A stretch of 64,000 bases of DNA from Ktedonobacterales bacterium. GTDB lineage: Bacteria; Chloroflexota; Ktedonobacteria; Ktedonobacterales; JADMIN01. A program made the position numbers and the translations under genes. The stretch's first letter is position 1. Every line of letters begins with the position of its first letter. Positions 27,520-34,668 of the stretch are shown here, piece by piece. The notes beneath the pieces are model-generated. The model saw only the letters and a list, made by a program, of their open reading frames with translations. It ran no database searches and was not told the origin of the DNA. The stretch is from the NCBI GenBank assembly GCA_025935195.1, contig JAICVS010000001.1, forward strand, positions 44,518 to 108,517. Reading direction: 5' to 3'.

Positions 27520-29016
27520 ATGCGCGACCACGTTCCCCCAAGCGAGCGTCCGCTACTGGCGACCCATACTACCCCATCCGCTCAGGATCGTCCCTCACAA
27601 GCTGGAGCGGCGGCGGCGATGGACCTGACGGAAGCGAGCGCTGCCGGCGCCGCGCCTGGCGCGTCTGACGTGGATGCGGACCTGGATGTCATCATCATTG
27701 GCGGCGGTCCGGCTGGAAGCGCCTGTGCCCTGACGCTCGCTCGCCAGGGGCGGCGCGTGCTGGTGCTGGAAAAAGCCGCGTTCCCCCGCTTCCACCTTGG
27801 CGAGTCGCTGTTGCCCTATGGGACGACAGTGCTGCGGCGGCTGGGCGTGCTGGATGCCGTGGCGGCCAGTGACGCGGTCGTCAAGCGCGGCGCGGAATTC
27901 TGCTCGACCGACCCCTCCCACTTCCGGCGGGTGGATTTCGTGAGTCGCGATGCCGAGCGCGCGGACTATGCGTTCCAGGTCGAGCGCGCCCAGTTCGACG
28001 CGCTGCTGTTGGAACAGGCCGCGCGAGCGGGCGCCCAGGTGATCCAGCAAGCGCGCGTCACTGACCTCATCCTGGCTGCCGATGGGCGGGTGCGGGGTGT
28101 CGTGTATGTCGCCCATGCTGATCAGGCGCCGCAACGTGTGACCGCCCGCTGGATCGTGGACGCGAGTGGTCGCGCGGGCGTCATCGCCCAGCGGTTCCAG
28201 TTGCGGCAGGCCAATCCGCGCCTGCGCATGGTCGCGCTCTTTCGCCACTATACCGGCTGCGACGAGCGCGCCAACCCTGGCGTCCAGGGGGATATCCAGG
28301 TCGGCTACCACGCGGACGGCTGGGTGTGGGCGATTCCGATCCACGAGACCGTCCTCAGCGTCGGCGTGGTGACCGCGCGCGATGCGCTCCCGGCTCAGAA
28401 TCCCATGACTGGAGCGGACCAGGTGTTCGCCGAACACGTTGGACGGATCCCGCGGATCGCCCAACGGCTCCCGGCCGCGCCGCCGCCGCCCGTGCGGATG
28501 GAGACCGATTTCTGTTACGGCTGCCAACAAGCGTGGGGACCGGGCTTCTTGCTCGTCGGCGATGCGGCGTGCTTCGCCGATCCCGTGTTTTCGGCCGGCG
28601 TCTTCCTGGGGCTGGCGACGGGCGAGCGTGCCGGGCAGACCATCCACGATTTGCTCGACGATCAGGAGGCGACCGCATCGCGGAGTGTCGCGCGGGTCCA
28701 GGCACAGATGGAGCGAGAAGCGGCGGCTTTGCGCGCGTACGACCGCTTTCTCAAGACCGGGTTCGATACCTACTTTCGCATCATCTACGGGTTCTATGCG
28801 GCGGGCTGTGATTTTCGCCAGTATCTCAAGTGGCGGCTCGGCCGTGTCGCGGATGCGAATTATTGGATCACGCGCACCCTGGCGGGCGACTTTTGGACCG
28901 CGGAGAACCCGATTACAACGGATCTGCGGAGCGAACGCGCCTGGGATACCCTTGCGCCGTATGACCCGCTCTATGGCTGCCCGGTCTACGGCGATGCGCC
29001 GCGATCCATGGAATAA
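27520..29016 (+). CDS. FAD-dependent oxidoreductase of the flavin-dependent halogenase family
   Basis: DVIIIGGGPAGSACAL...FPRFHLGESLLP and the WxWxIP motif (GWVWAIPI). Strong RBS GGGAGGAG before 27520. Confidence 0.8.
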   Translation: MRDHVPPSERPLLATHTTPSAQDRPSQAGAAAAMDLTEASAAGAAPGASDVDADLDVIIIGGGPAGSACALTLARQGRRVLVLEKAAFPRFHLGESLLPYGTTVLRRLGVLDAVAASDAVVKRGAEFCSTDPSHFRRVDFVSRDAERADYAFQVERAQFDALLLEQAARAGAQVIQQARVTDLILAADGRVRGVVYVAHADQAPQRVTARWIVDASGRAGVIAQRFQLRQANPRLRMVALFRHYTGCDERANPGVQGDIQVGYHADGWVWAIPIHETVLSVGVVTARDALPAQNPMTGADQVFAEHVGRIPRIAQRLPAAPPPPVRMETDFCYGCQQAWGPGFLLVGDAACFADPVFSAGVFLGLATGERAGQTIHDLLDDQEATASRSVARVQAQMEREAAALRAYDRFLKTGFDTYFRIIYGFYAAGCDFRQYLKWRLGRVADANYWITRTLAGDFWTAENPITTDLRSERAWDTLAPYDPLYGCPVYGDAPRSME

Positions 29017-29067
29017 GCCATGCGCCGCGCGGCGCATGGTCAATGGCATCTCATGGCGTGAAAGTGC

Positions 29068-29496
29068 CTACGGCGTCTCGCTTACCCACTCCTCGCCGTC
29101 TTCCGCGACCTCTTTCTTCCAGATCGGCACGGTCTGTTTGAGGGTGTCAATCGCGTAGCGGCAGGCGTCGAAGGCCTCGCCGCGATGCGGGCAGGCGACC
29201 GCGACCACCACGGCGCAGTCGCCGATGGCGAGGGTGCCGACGCGATGCACGATGGCGACGGCGTCGGTCTGCCAGCGGCGCCGCACCTCGGCGGCGATCT
29301 TCGCCAGCTCCCGCTCCGCCATTTCGGGGTAGGCGTCGTACTCCAGGCGGCGCACGGCCTTGCCCTTCGAGCTGTCGCGCACGACGCCCTGGAAGGTGAC
29401 GATGCCGCCCGCGCCGGAGTGCGAGATGTCGCGCACAATCGCGTTCACCGCCGCCTCGTCCAGCGGCGCGCTTGTGATTTTGACGATGGCCGCCAT
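29068..29496 (-). CDS. moaE: Molybdopterin synthase catalytic subunit
   Basis: GAGGIVTFQGVVRD...LEYDAYPEMAE...VAIVHRVGTLAIGD...VPIWKKE. Confidence 0.9.
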   Translation of the reverse strand: MAAIVKITSAPLDEAAVNAIVRDISHSGAGGIVTFQGVVRDSSKGKAVRRLEYDAYPEMAERELAKIAAEVRRRWQTDAVAIVHRVGTLAIGDCAVVVAVACPHRGEAFDACRYAIDTLKQTVPIWKKEVAEDGEEWVSETP

Positions 29497-29503
29497 AGCG
29501 ATT

Positions 29504-29752
29504 CTATCCTCCCCCGACCGGCGGAATGAACACCAGCTCGTCGCCGTCGCGCAGCGCCGTCTCCGCCGCCACGTAGGCGCGGTTCACCGCCGCCGCGCAG
29601 CGCGGCAGCACGCGCGCCAGCGCGGGATGGCGCTCGGCCAGCAGCGCGCGCACCGCCGCGACATCGGTTCCCGCCGGCAGATCGATCTCCTCGCCCTCGC
29701 GTCCGCCCGCCGCCTCGCGCACGGCGGCGAAGTAGCGCAGCCGCACCCGCAT
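29504..29752 (-). CDS. moaD: Molybdopterin synthase sulfur-carrier subunit
   Basis: MRVRLRYFAAVREAAG...DELVFIPPVGGG, with the C-terminal GG. It sits directly upstream of moaE. Confidence 0.85.
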   Translation of the reverse strand: MRVRLRYFAAVREAAGGREGEEIDLPAGTDVAAVRALLAERHPALARVLPRCAAAVNRAYVAAETALRDGDELVFIPPVGGG

Positions 29753-29780
29753 CGCGTGCCCCTTCCTGTTCCTAGAGATT

Positions 29781-29996
29781 TTACAACGCATCGAACTCGT
29801 CGAGGGACAGACCAGCCTGTCGGATGATACTGCGCAGTGTGCCAACTGGGACCTCACGGTGCTGTGGCACAGTGGCTGTCAGGGTGCCTTGATCGGTGAT
29901 CTTGATGAATTTGACGTGGCTGCCCCTCTGACTGACTACCGCAAAGCCCGCAGCCTCCAGCTTGCGTTTAACTTCCCGATATGGGAGCGGAGCGGC
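29781..29996 (-). CDS. hicA: HicA-like mRNA-interferase toxin with no canonical start codon (possible pseudogene, reinitiation or read-through)
   Basis: My own translation directly after the hicB TAG, in the same frame, reads AAPLPYREVKRKLEAAGFAVVSQRGSHVKFIK...VPQHREVPVGTLRSIIRQAGLSLDEFDAL*. The first in-frame ATG/GTG/TTG is only 26 codons before the stop. It is not in the ORF track. Confidence 0.5.
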   Translation of the reverse strand, partial: AAPLPYREVKRKLEAAGFAVVSQRGSHVKFIKITDQGTLTATVPQHREVPVGTLRSIIRQAGLSLDEFDAL

Positions 29997-30203
29997 CTAA
30001 GCGGCACCTGTATCCACCTCGATGGTGCGCACCTGTGGCGTGATCGTCGCGACCGGCGGCTCGAAGTGCAGTTCCAGCGCCTCGCGCAGATTCGCCAGCG
30101 CCGCCGCTTCCGTCTCGCCCTGGCTGGCAACATCTACGTCGAGGCACTGCGCCACGTACCAATCGCCCTCACGCCAGACGCTCGCACGGAATGTTCGCTT
30201 CAT
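29997..30203 (-). CDS. hicB: HicB family antitoxin
   Basis: MKRTFRASVWREGDWYVAQCLDVDVASQGETEAAALANLREALELHFE. The track ORF extends upstream through repeat D4, so the start is taken at MKRTF. Confidence 0.8.
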   Translation of the reverse strand: MKRTFRASVWREGDWYVAQCLDVDVASQGETEAAALANLREALELHFEPPVATITPQVRTIEVDTGAA

Positions 30204-30271
30204 GTCACCGCCTCCGCTCCACGAATGCGCGGGCGCGGGAGGTAATCGCCCCCGCGCCCCAATCATACCAT

Positions 30272-30375
30272 CCCCTTCTTCCTCTGCGAACCTCCGTTCC
30301 CTCCGTGTTCCTCCGTGTTGGTTCTCGTCCTCTCCTCCCTCTCTCCTCCGTGTTCCTCCGTGTCCTCTGTGGTAA
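30272..30375 (-). repeat. Repeat family D, copy 4 (long variant)
   Basis: The minus strand reads TTACCACAGAGGACACGGAGGAACACGGAGGAGAGAGGGAGGAGAGGACGAGAACCAACACGGAGGAACACGGAGGGAACGGAGG. Confidence 0.75.
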
Positions 30376-30387
30376 AAATCGTATCCC

Positions 30388-31929
30388 CTACCGCGCGCCA
30401 TTCCGCTCGGCCAGCAGCGTGGCGATCTCGGCGAAAGTGCGCACGCCGAAGCCGGTCGCGCCGGAGTCGCCCTCGGCGTCTTTCTTGTCGCGGTCGTTCA
30501 CGCCGGCGATGTCCAGATGCGCCCAGGCCGTCTCGCCAGCGAAGTTGCTCAACACCTTCGCCGCCGCGATGGCGCCGCCCGCGCGCCCGCCCGTCTGCTT
30601 CATGTCCGCCACGTCGCTCTTGATCAGCGCGTCGTACTCCGCGTCCATCGGCATCGGCCAGAACTTCTCGCCGGCGATCTCGGAGGCCGACAGCACCGTG
30701 CGCTGCAACAGGTCGTCGTTGCTGAAGAGGCCGGCGCGCACCTTGCCTAGCGCTACCACAATCGCCCCCGTCAGCGTCGCCGCGTCCACCAGCGGCGCCA
30801 TGCCCTGCTGGACGGCGTAGCTGAGCGCGTCCGCCAGGATCAGCCGTCCCTCGGCGTCGGTGTTGACGATCTCGATGGTCTTGCCGTTGAGCGCACGCAG
30901 GATGTCGCCCGGCCGGTAGGCGTTGCCATCCGGCATGTTCTCCGTCGTCGGCACGATCCCCGTCACGTTGATCGCGGGCTTGAGCCGGGCGATCGCCCGC
31001 ATCGCGCCGATCACCGCCGCCGCGCCGCACATATCCATCTTCATTGCCTGCATACCCTCGGCTGGCTTGATCGAGATGCCGCCAGTGTCGAAGGTGATGC
31101 CCTTGCCCACGAACGCCGGGCCAGGCTCGTTCGCGGGGCCGCCACGGTGCCGCAGGATGATGAAGCGCGGCTCCTGCGCGCTGCCCTGCGCGACACCCAG
31201 CAGCGCGCCCATGCCCAGCGCGCGCATGCGGTCCGGCCCGAAGATTTCGCACTCCAGGCCCACCTCTTGCGCCATGCGTCGCGCGCGCTCGGCCAGCTCG
31301 GTTGGCGTCAGCACGTTCGGCGGCTCGTTGCCTAAATCCCGCGCGAAGTTCGTCGCCTCGGCCATGATCTGCCCGCGCTCCACCGCCTCGCGCAACGCCG
31401 GTTCGCGCCCGCGCCCCAGGATGGTGATGGACTCGATCTGCCGCCGCCGCGCGCCGCCGTCCCGCTCGCCATCCGCGCCGTTGCCGTTCTTGCTGGATTT
31501 ATATTTGGTGAACTCGTACAGCCCCATCAGCGCGCCCTCGGTGGCCGCGCGCGCCACCTGCGCCAGATTCACGCCGAACTCCGCCCCGGCCAGCGCCAGC
31601 CCCACACGCCGCGCGCCCGCCTTGCGCAATGTCCGGCAGGCGATGGCCGCCACCCGGCGCACGCGATCCGGTGTGAACCTGGCACGCGCGCCGAGGCCGA
31701 CCACCACCACCCGCTCCGGCTCGATCTTGCCCAGCGTGTGCAGCAGCGTCACCTCGTCGGCCGCTCCCGTGATCTCGCCGGCCGCGATCAGGCCCGCGAT
31801 CACGCCGGCCATCGCCTCGTCGAGCGCCGCCGCCGGACCTTGCGGCTCCGTGTCGTCCGAGAACACGCCCACAGCGACCGCGTCGCCGTCGAATTGCCGC
31901 ACGTCGCGCGTGCTGACCCGTACGTCCAT
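30388..31929 (-). CDS. pepA: Leucyl aminopeptidase (M17)
   Basis: M17 signature NTDAEGRLILADAL, and VGKGITFDTGGISIKP. Confidence 0.95.
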   Translation of the reverse strand: MDVRVSTRDVRQFDGDAVAVGVFSDDTEPQGPAAALDEAMAGVIAGLIAAGEITGAADEVTLLHTLGKIEPERVVVVGLGARARFTPDRVRRVAAIACRTLRKAGARRVGLALAGAEFGVNLAQVARAATEGALMGLYEFTKYKSSKNGNGADGERDGGARRRQIESITILGRGREPALREAVERGQIMAEATNFARDLGNEPPNVLTPTELAERARRMAQEVGLECEIFGPDRMRALGMGALLGVAQGSAQEPRFIILRHRGGPANEPGPAFVGKGITFDTGGISIKPAEGMQAMKMDMCGAAAVIGAMRAIARLKPAINVTGIVPTTENMPDGNAYRPGDILRALNGKTIEIVNTDAEGRLILADALSYAVQQGMAPLVDAATLTGAIVVALGKVRAGLFSNDDLLQRTVLSASEIAGEKFWPMPMDAEYDALIKSDVADMKQTGGRAGGAIAAAKVLSNFAGETAWAHLDIAGVNDRDKKDAEGDSGATGFGVRTFAEIATLLAERNGAR

Positions 31930-32149
31930 CTTCTCAGCCGCCCCTCATCTCTTTTTGATGCCGCGCCGCCGCGGACGCCCGACGGCCCCAGCCAGGGCAA
32001 CCGGCGAAACCCGCTACAACGCCACGTCCACAACATCGAATGTTATCGGAGCTATCGAACGCCATCACGACCGGCGAGCCGGCGCGGTGTCTGTTCACCA
32101 GTATGCTTGTCTGTTTGTCGCTTGTCTATCTGTCTGCCTGCCTGCCTGC

Positions 32150-32587
32150 CTACTGGATGCCGGCCAGCGCCAGCATCCGCTTCACCATTTCGAGCAACTG
32201 GCCCGGCCCAAACGGCTTCGACAGGTACTCCGTGCAGCCTGCGGAGAGGGCGAGCTCGCGGTCGCCTGGCATCGCGAACCCCGTCACCGCGACGATAGGC
32301 ATGGCCGCCGTCGTCGGACGCGCGCGGATGATCCCCGCCGTCTCGTAGCCATTTAGCACTGGCACGTCGAGGTCGAGCAGGACGACATCCACATGCGCGC
32401 GGTCCAGCACCTCCAGCGCCTCCTGCCCATTGGTGGCTGAGAGGTGCTGATAGCCGGCGAAGCCGAGAATCTGCTCCAGCAGGCGGCGATTGCTCTCATC
32501 ATCCTCGACGACCAGGATGACCCCCACCGGACGGGGGAGCTCACTGTCATCGTGGATCGGGTCGTCTGGCGGCTTGGAGCGGTGCAT
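32150..32587 (-). CDS. Single-domain response regulator
   Basis: ILVVEDDESNRRLL...VLLDLDVPVLNG...SKPF. The start is at MHRSKPP. Confidence 0.85.
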   Translation of the reverse strand: MHRSKPPDDPIHDDSELPRPVGVILVVEDDESNRRLLEQILGFAGYQHLSATNGQEALEVLDRAHVDVVLLDLDVPVLNGYETAGIIRARPTTAAMPIVAVTGFAMPGDRELALSAGCTEYLSKPFGPGQLLEMVKRMLALAGIQ

Positions 32588-33049
32588 GCGTTGGCTGACC
32601 TCCGCTCGCGTGTGGGTGCCGCGCCACACCCTCAGCGAGTGTGGCACAGCTCCTTCAGGGGCGTAGACGGTCCCTTCCAGCACGCTCCCCACCACGCGCG
32701 ACGCACGCCCCGCTCCTGAAGTATTGTACTCGATTTCGATCCCAGATCAAGTTACGTTTGTCACAGCGTGGCTGCGCATTATGTCACAGCACACACCGCT
32801 AGCGCCGTCTCTCAGTGCATCCCCCACGACCGCTCACCTACCTTGAGCCAACCATCACGCCAGAGCCAGGGAAGGTGCCATCCTCTCTGAATGCCATCTC
32901 CATCTGTCGAGACTATCAATCTGCCACAAGATATACCACGTGGCGTATGGCCGCGTCACGGATGGCCGGGGGAGAGCCGCGCGAGAATCCGCGCAGGGTT
33001 TCGCGTGTTCTATGCAACAGGGGAGTGGAAGGGAGAACCGCGATGCACG

Positions 33050-33274
33050 ATGCGCATCCATCCACCGGCGTCGCGCCACCTGGCGGCGATGGCGGAGCCG
33101 GGAGCCACGGCTCCCTCACGCATGCCGATCTGGGCACCGCGGCGTCAGCTTCGGCCCGGTGGATGCGCTGTTCACCGCCGCCGCCTGCTCATCCTGCTCG
33201 CTGGCCTCTACGCCATGCGCAACCCGCGCGGCGTGCGCCTGCGCGATGCGGCGAAAGGGAAAGCGCCGCCGTGA
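33050..33274 (+). CDS. Possible small membrane protein (74 aa), weakly supported
   Basis: The frame has consistently G/C third positions, GGAAGGGAGA lies ~14 nt upstream, and there is one hydrophobic stretch, LLILLAGLYAM. No homology recognised. Confidence 0.25.
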   Translation: MRIHPPASRHLAAMAEPGATAPSRMPIWAPRRQLRPGGCAVHRRRLLILLAGLYAMRNPRGVRLRDAAKGKAPP

Positions 33275-33480
33275 ACCGCCGGCGAACGCGGCGAGGGGCA
33301 TGAATGCCCGCACGGTACGGCGCATGTGTTCAACCGTGACAACTCCCCACGGCTAAAGCCGGGGCTTCTAGGCCGAAGCCAGAGACTGTTGCCCCAGTCT
33401 CAAAATATTCAGGCTCGCGTTGAAATCGCGGTCCAGCACCACGCCACAACAGGGGCAGGTATAGGTCCGGTCGGAAAGGG
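33270..33480 (-). ncRNA. Predicted TnpB omega-RNA (reRNA) scaffold region; boundaries approximate
   Basis: Placed by analogy: in IS200/IS605 elements the guide RNA overlaps the tnpB 3' end and the right end. Local hairpins are GGCTTCGGCC, CCCCGGCTTTAGCCGTGGGG and GGGCATTCATGCCC (minus-strand sense). Confidence 0.35.
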
Positions 33481-34483
33481 AGAGCGTTTGCCGATGGCCA
33501 CACTGCGAGCAATCCTGCGACGTGTAGGCAGGGTTCACGGCGACATAGCTCCGACCGGCCCATGCTGCCTTGTACGAGAGAAGATCCGCGAACTGGCTCC
33601 ACGCCGCGTCATGGATGCTCTTGGCGAGGCAATGGTTATGCACCATCCGATTGACCGCGAGGTCTTCAACGGCGATCAGGTCAAAGCTGTTGACGATGCG
33701 CCGGCTATGCTGGTGCACAAAGTCACCGCGCCGCCAGCGCGTCCGCTCGTAGACACGCGCGACCACGTGACGGCGCTTGGCGCGTTCGGGCGTACCCTTC
33801 TCTGCTTTAGAGAGGCGGCGCTGTGCCTTGGCAAGCGCCTTCTCCTCCTGGCGGAAGAAGCGCGGGTTCGCCACCTCATCGCCAGTCGAGAGCGTGGCGA
33901 ACGTCGTCAAACCGACGTCAATGCCTACCTGCCGCCCGGTCTCCGGCAGCGGGAATGGCTCAGCGCACTCGCACGAAAACGAGACAGACCACTTGCCCGT
34001 GCTGCCGCGGCGGATGGTGGCGGTCTTGGGTGTGCCTTCCAGCGGGCGATGCACGATGATCTTGACCAGCCCGACGTTCATGATGCGCAGGCGCCTGGCC
34101 TCAGCGTCCAGATGGCAACCCACCGGCACCTGTGGGAAGGTGAAGCTGTCGTAGCGCCCCTCACCCCGGAAGCGTGGATAGCCCGGTTCCTTCTCCCCCG
34201 CCTTCACTCGCCGGAAGAATGCCTGGAAGGCCAGGTCAATGCGGACCGCGACATTCTGCAACACCTGCGACTGCACCCCTGCCAGCGAGGGCCGCTCCGC
34301 TTTGAGGGCGGGCAGCGTCGCGTGCTGGTCATAGAGCCGCACCGACTCGCCCCGCTGCTCCCAGGCATCGCGGCGCTCGGCCAGCAGGTGATTGTACAGC
34401 CAGCGGCACTCCTCCAACTGCCGCTCCAGGAGGCGCTGCTGCTGCTTGTTCGGGTACAGGCGGTACGTGAATGTCTTACACAT
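33368..34483 (-). CDS. tnpB: TnpB (IS200/IS605 OrfB) RNA-guided endonuclease
   Basis: N-terminus MCKTFTYRLYPNKQQ. RuvC-I VGIDVGL, RuvC-II IAVEDL, zinc finger CSQCGH...CPCCG, RuvC-III DRDFNASLNIL. The 433-aa track ORF extends upstream through repeat D5, so the start is taken at 34483. Confidence 0.9.
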   Translation of the reverse strand: MCKTFTYRLYPNKQQQRLLERQLEECRWLYNHLLAERRDAWEQRGESVRLYDQHATLPALKAERPSLAGVQSQVLQNVAVRIDLAFQAFFRRVKAGEKEPGYPRFRGEGRYDSFTFPQVPVGCHLDAEARRLRIMNVGLVKIIVHRPLEGTPKTATIRRGSTGKWSVSFSCECAEPFPLPETGRQVGIDVGLTTFATLSTGDEVANPRFFRQEEKALAKAQRRLSKAEKGTPERAKRRHVVARVYERTRWRRGDFVHQHSRRIVNSFDLIAVEDLAVNRMVHNHCLAKSIHDAAWSQFADLLSYKAAWAGRSYVAVNPAYTSQDCSQCGHRQTLSLSDRTYTCPCCGVVLDRDFNASLNILRLGQQSLASA

Positions 34484-34489
34484 GTGTAC

Positions 34490-34518
34490 AGTAGAGCACA
34501 AAGCATACGTGTTCGCAA
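34490..34518 (-). promoter_or_regulatory. Sigma70-like promoter candidate in the tnpB left end
   Basis: The minus strand reads TTGCGA, a 17-nt spacer, then TCTACT, ending 6 nt before the tnpB ATG with no SD in between. This would imply a leaderless or near-leaderless mRNA. Confidence 0.3.
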
Positions 34519-34580
34519 GGCCAGAGGGCCATTCATCCCCAGCCCTAAAGGGCGGGGCCTTCTGGCCCCGTGCGGTAAAT

Positions 34581-34668
34581 GCTATTGTTTCCGTTCTCCC
34601 TCTCTCTCCTCCCTCTCCTCCCTCTCCTCCCTCTCTCCTCCGTGTTCCTCCGTGTCCTCTGTGGCTCA
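34581..34668 (-). repeat. Repeat family D, copy 5
   Basis: The minus strand reads TTGAGCCACAGAGGACACGGAGGAACACGGAGGAGAGAGGGAGGAGAGGGAGGAGAGGGAGG... It abuts the MBL gene stop codon and the tnpB left end. Confidence 0.75.

Larger units (their letters stand above)
33290..34575 (-). mobile_element. IS200/IS605-family (IS1341-like) element carrying only tnpB; ends approximate
   Basis: A tnpB CDS flanked by a ~55-65 nt module in direct orientation (34503-34567 and 33321-33374). No tnpA is seen on either side. Confidence 0.6.
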
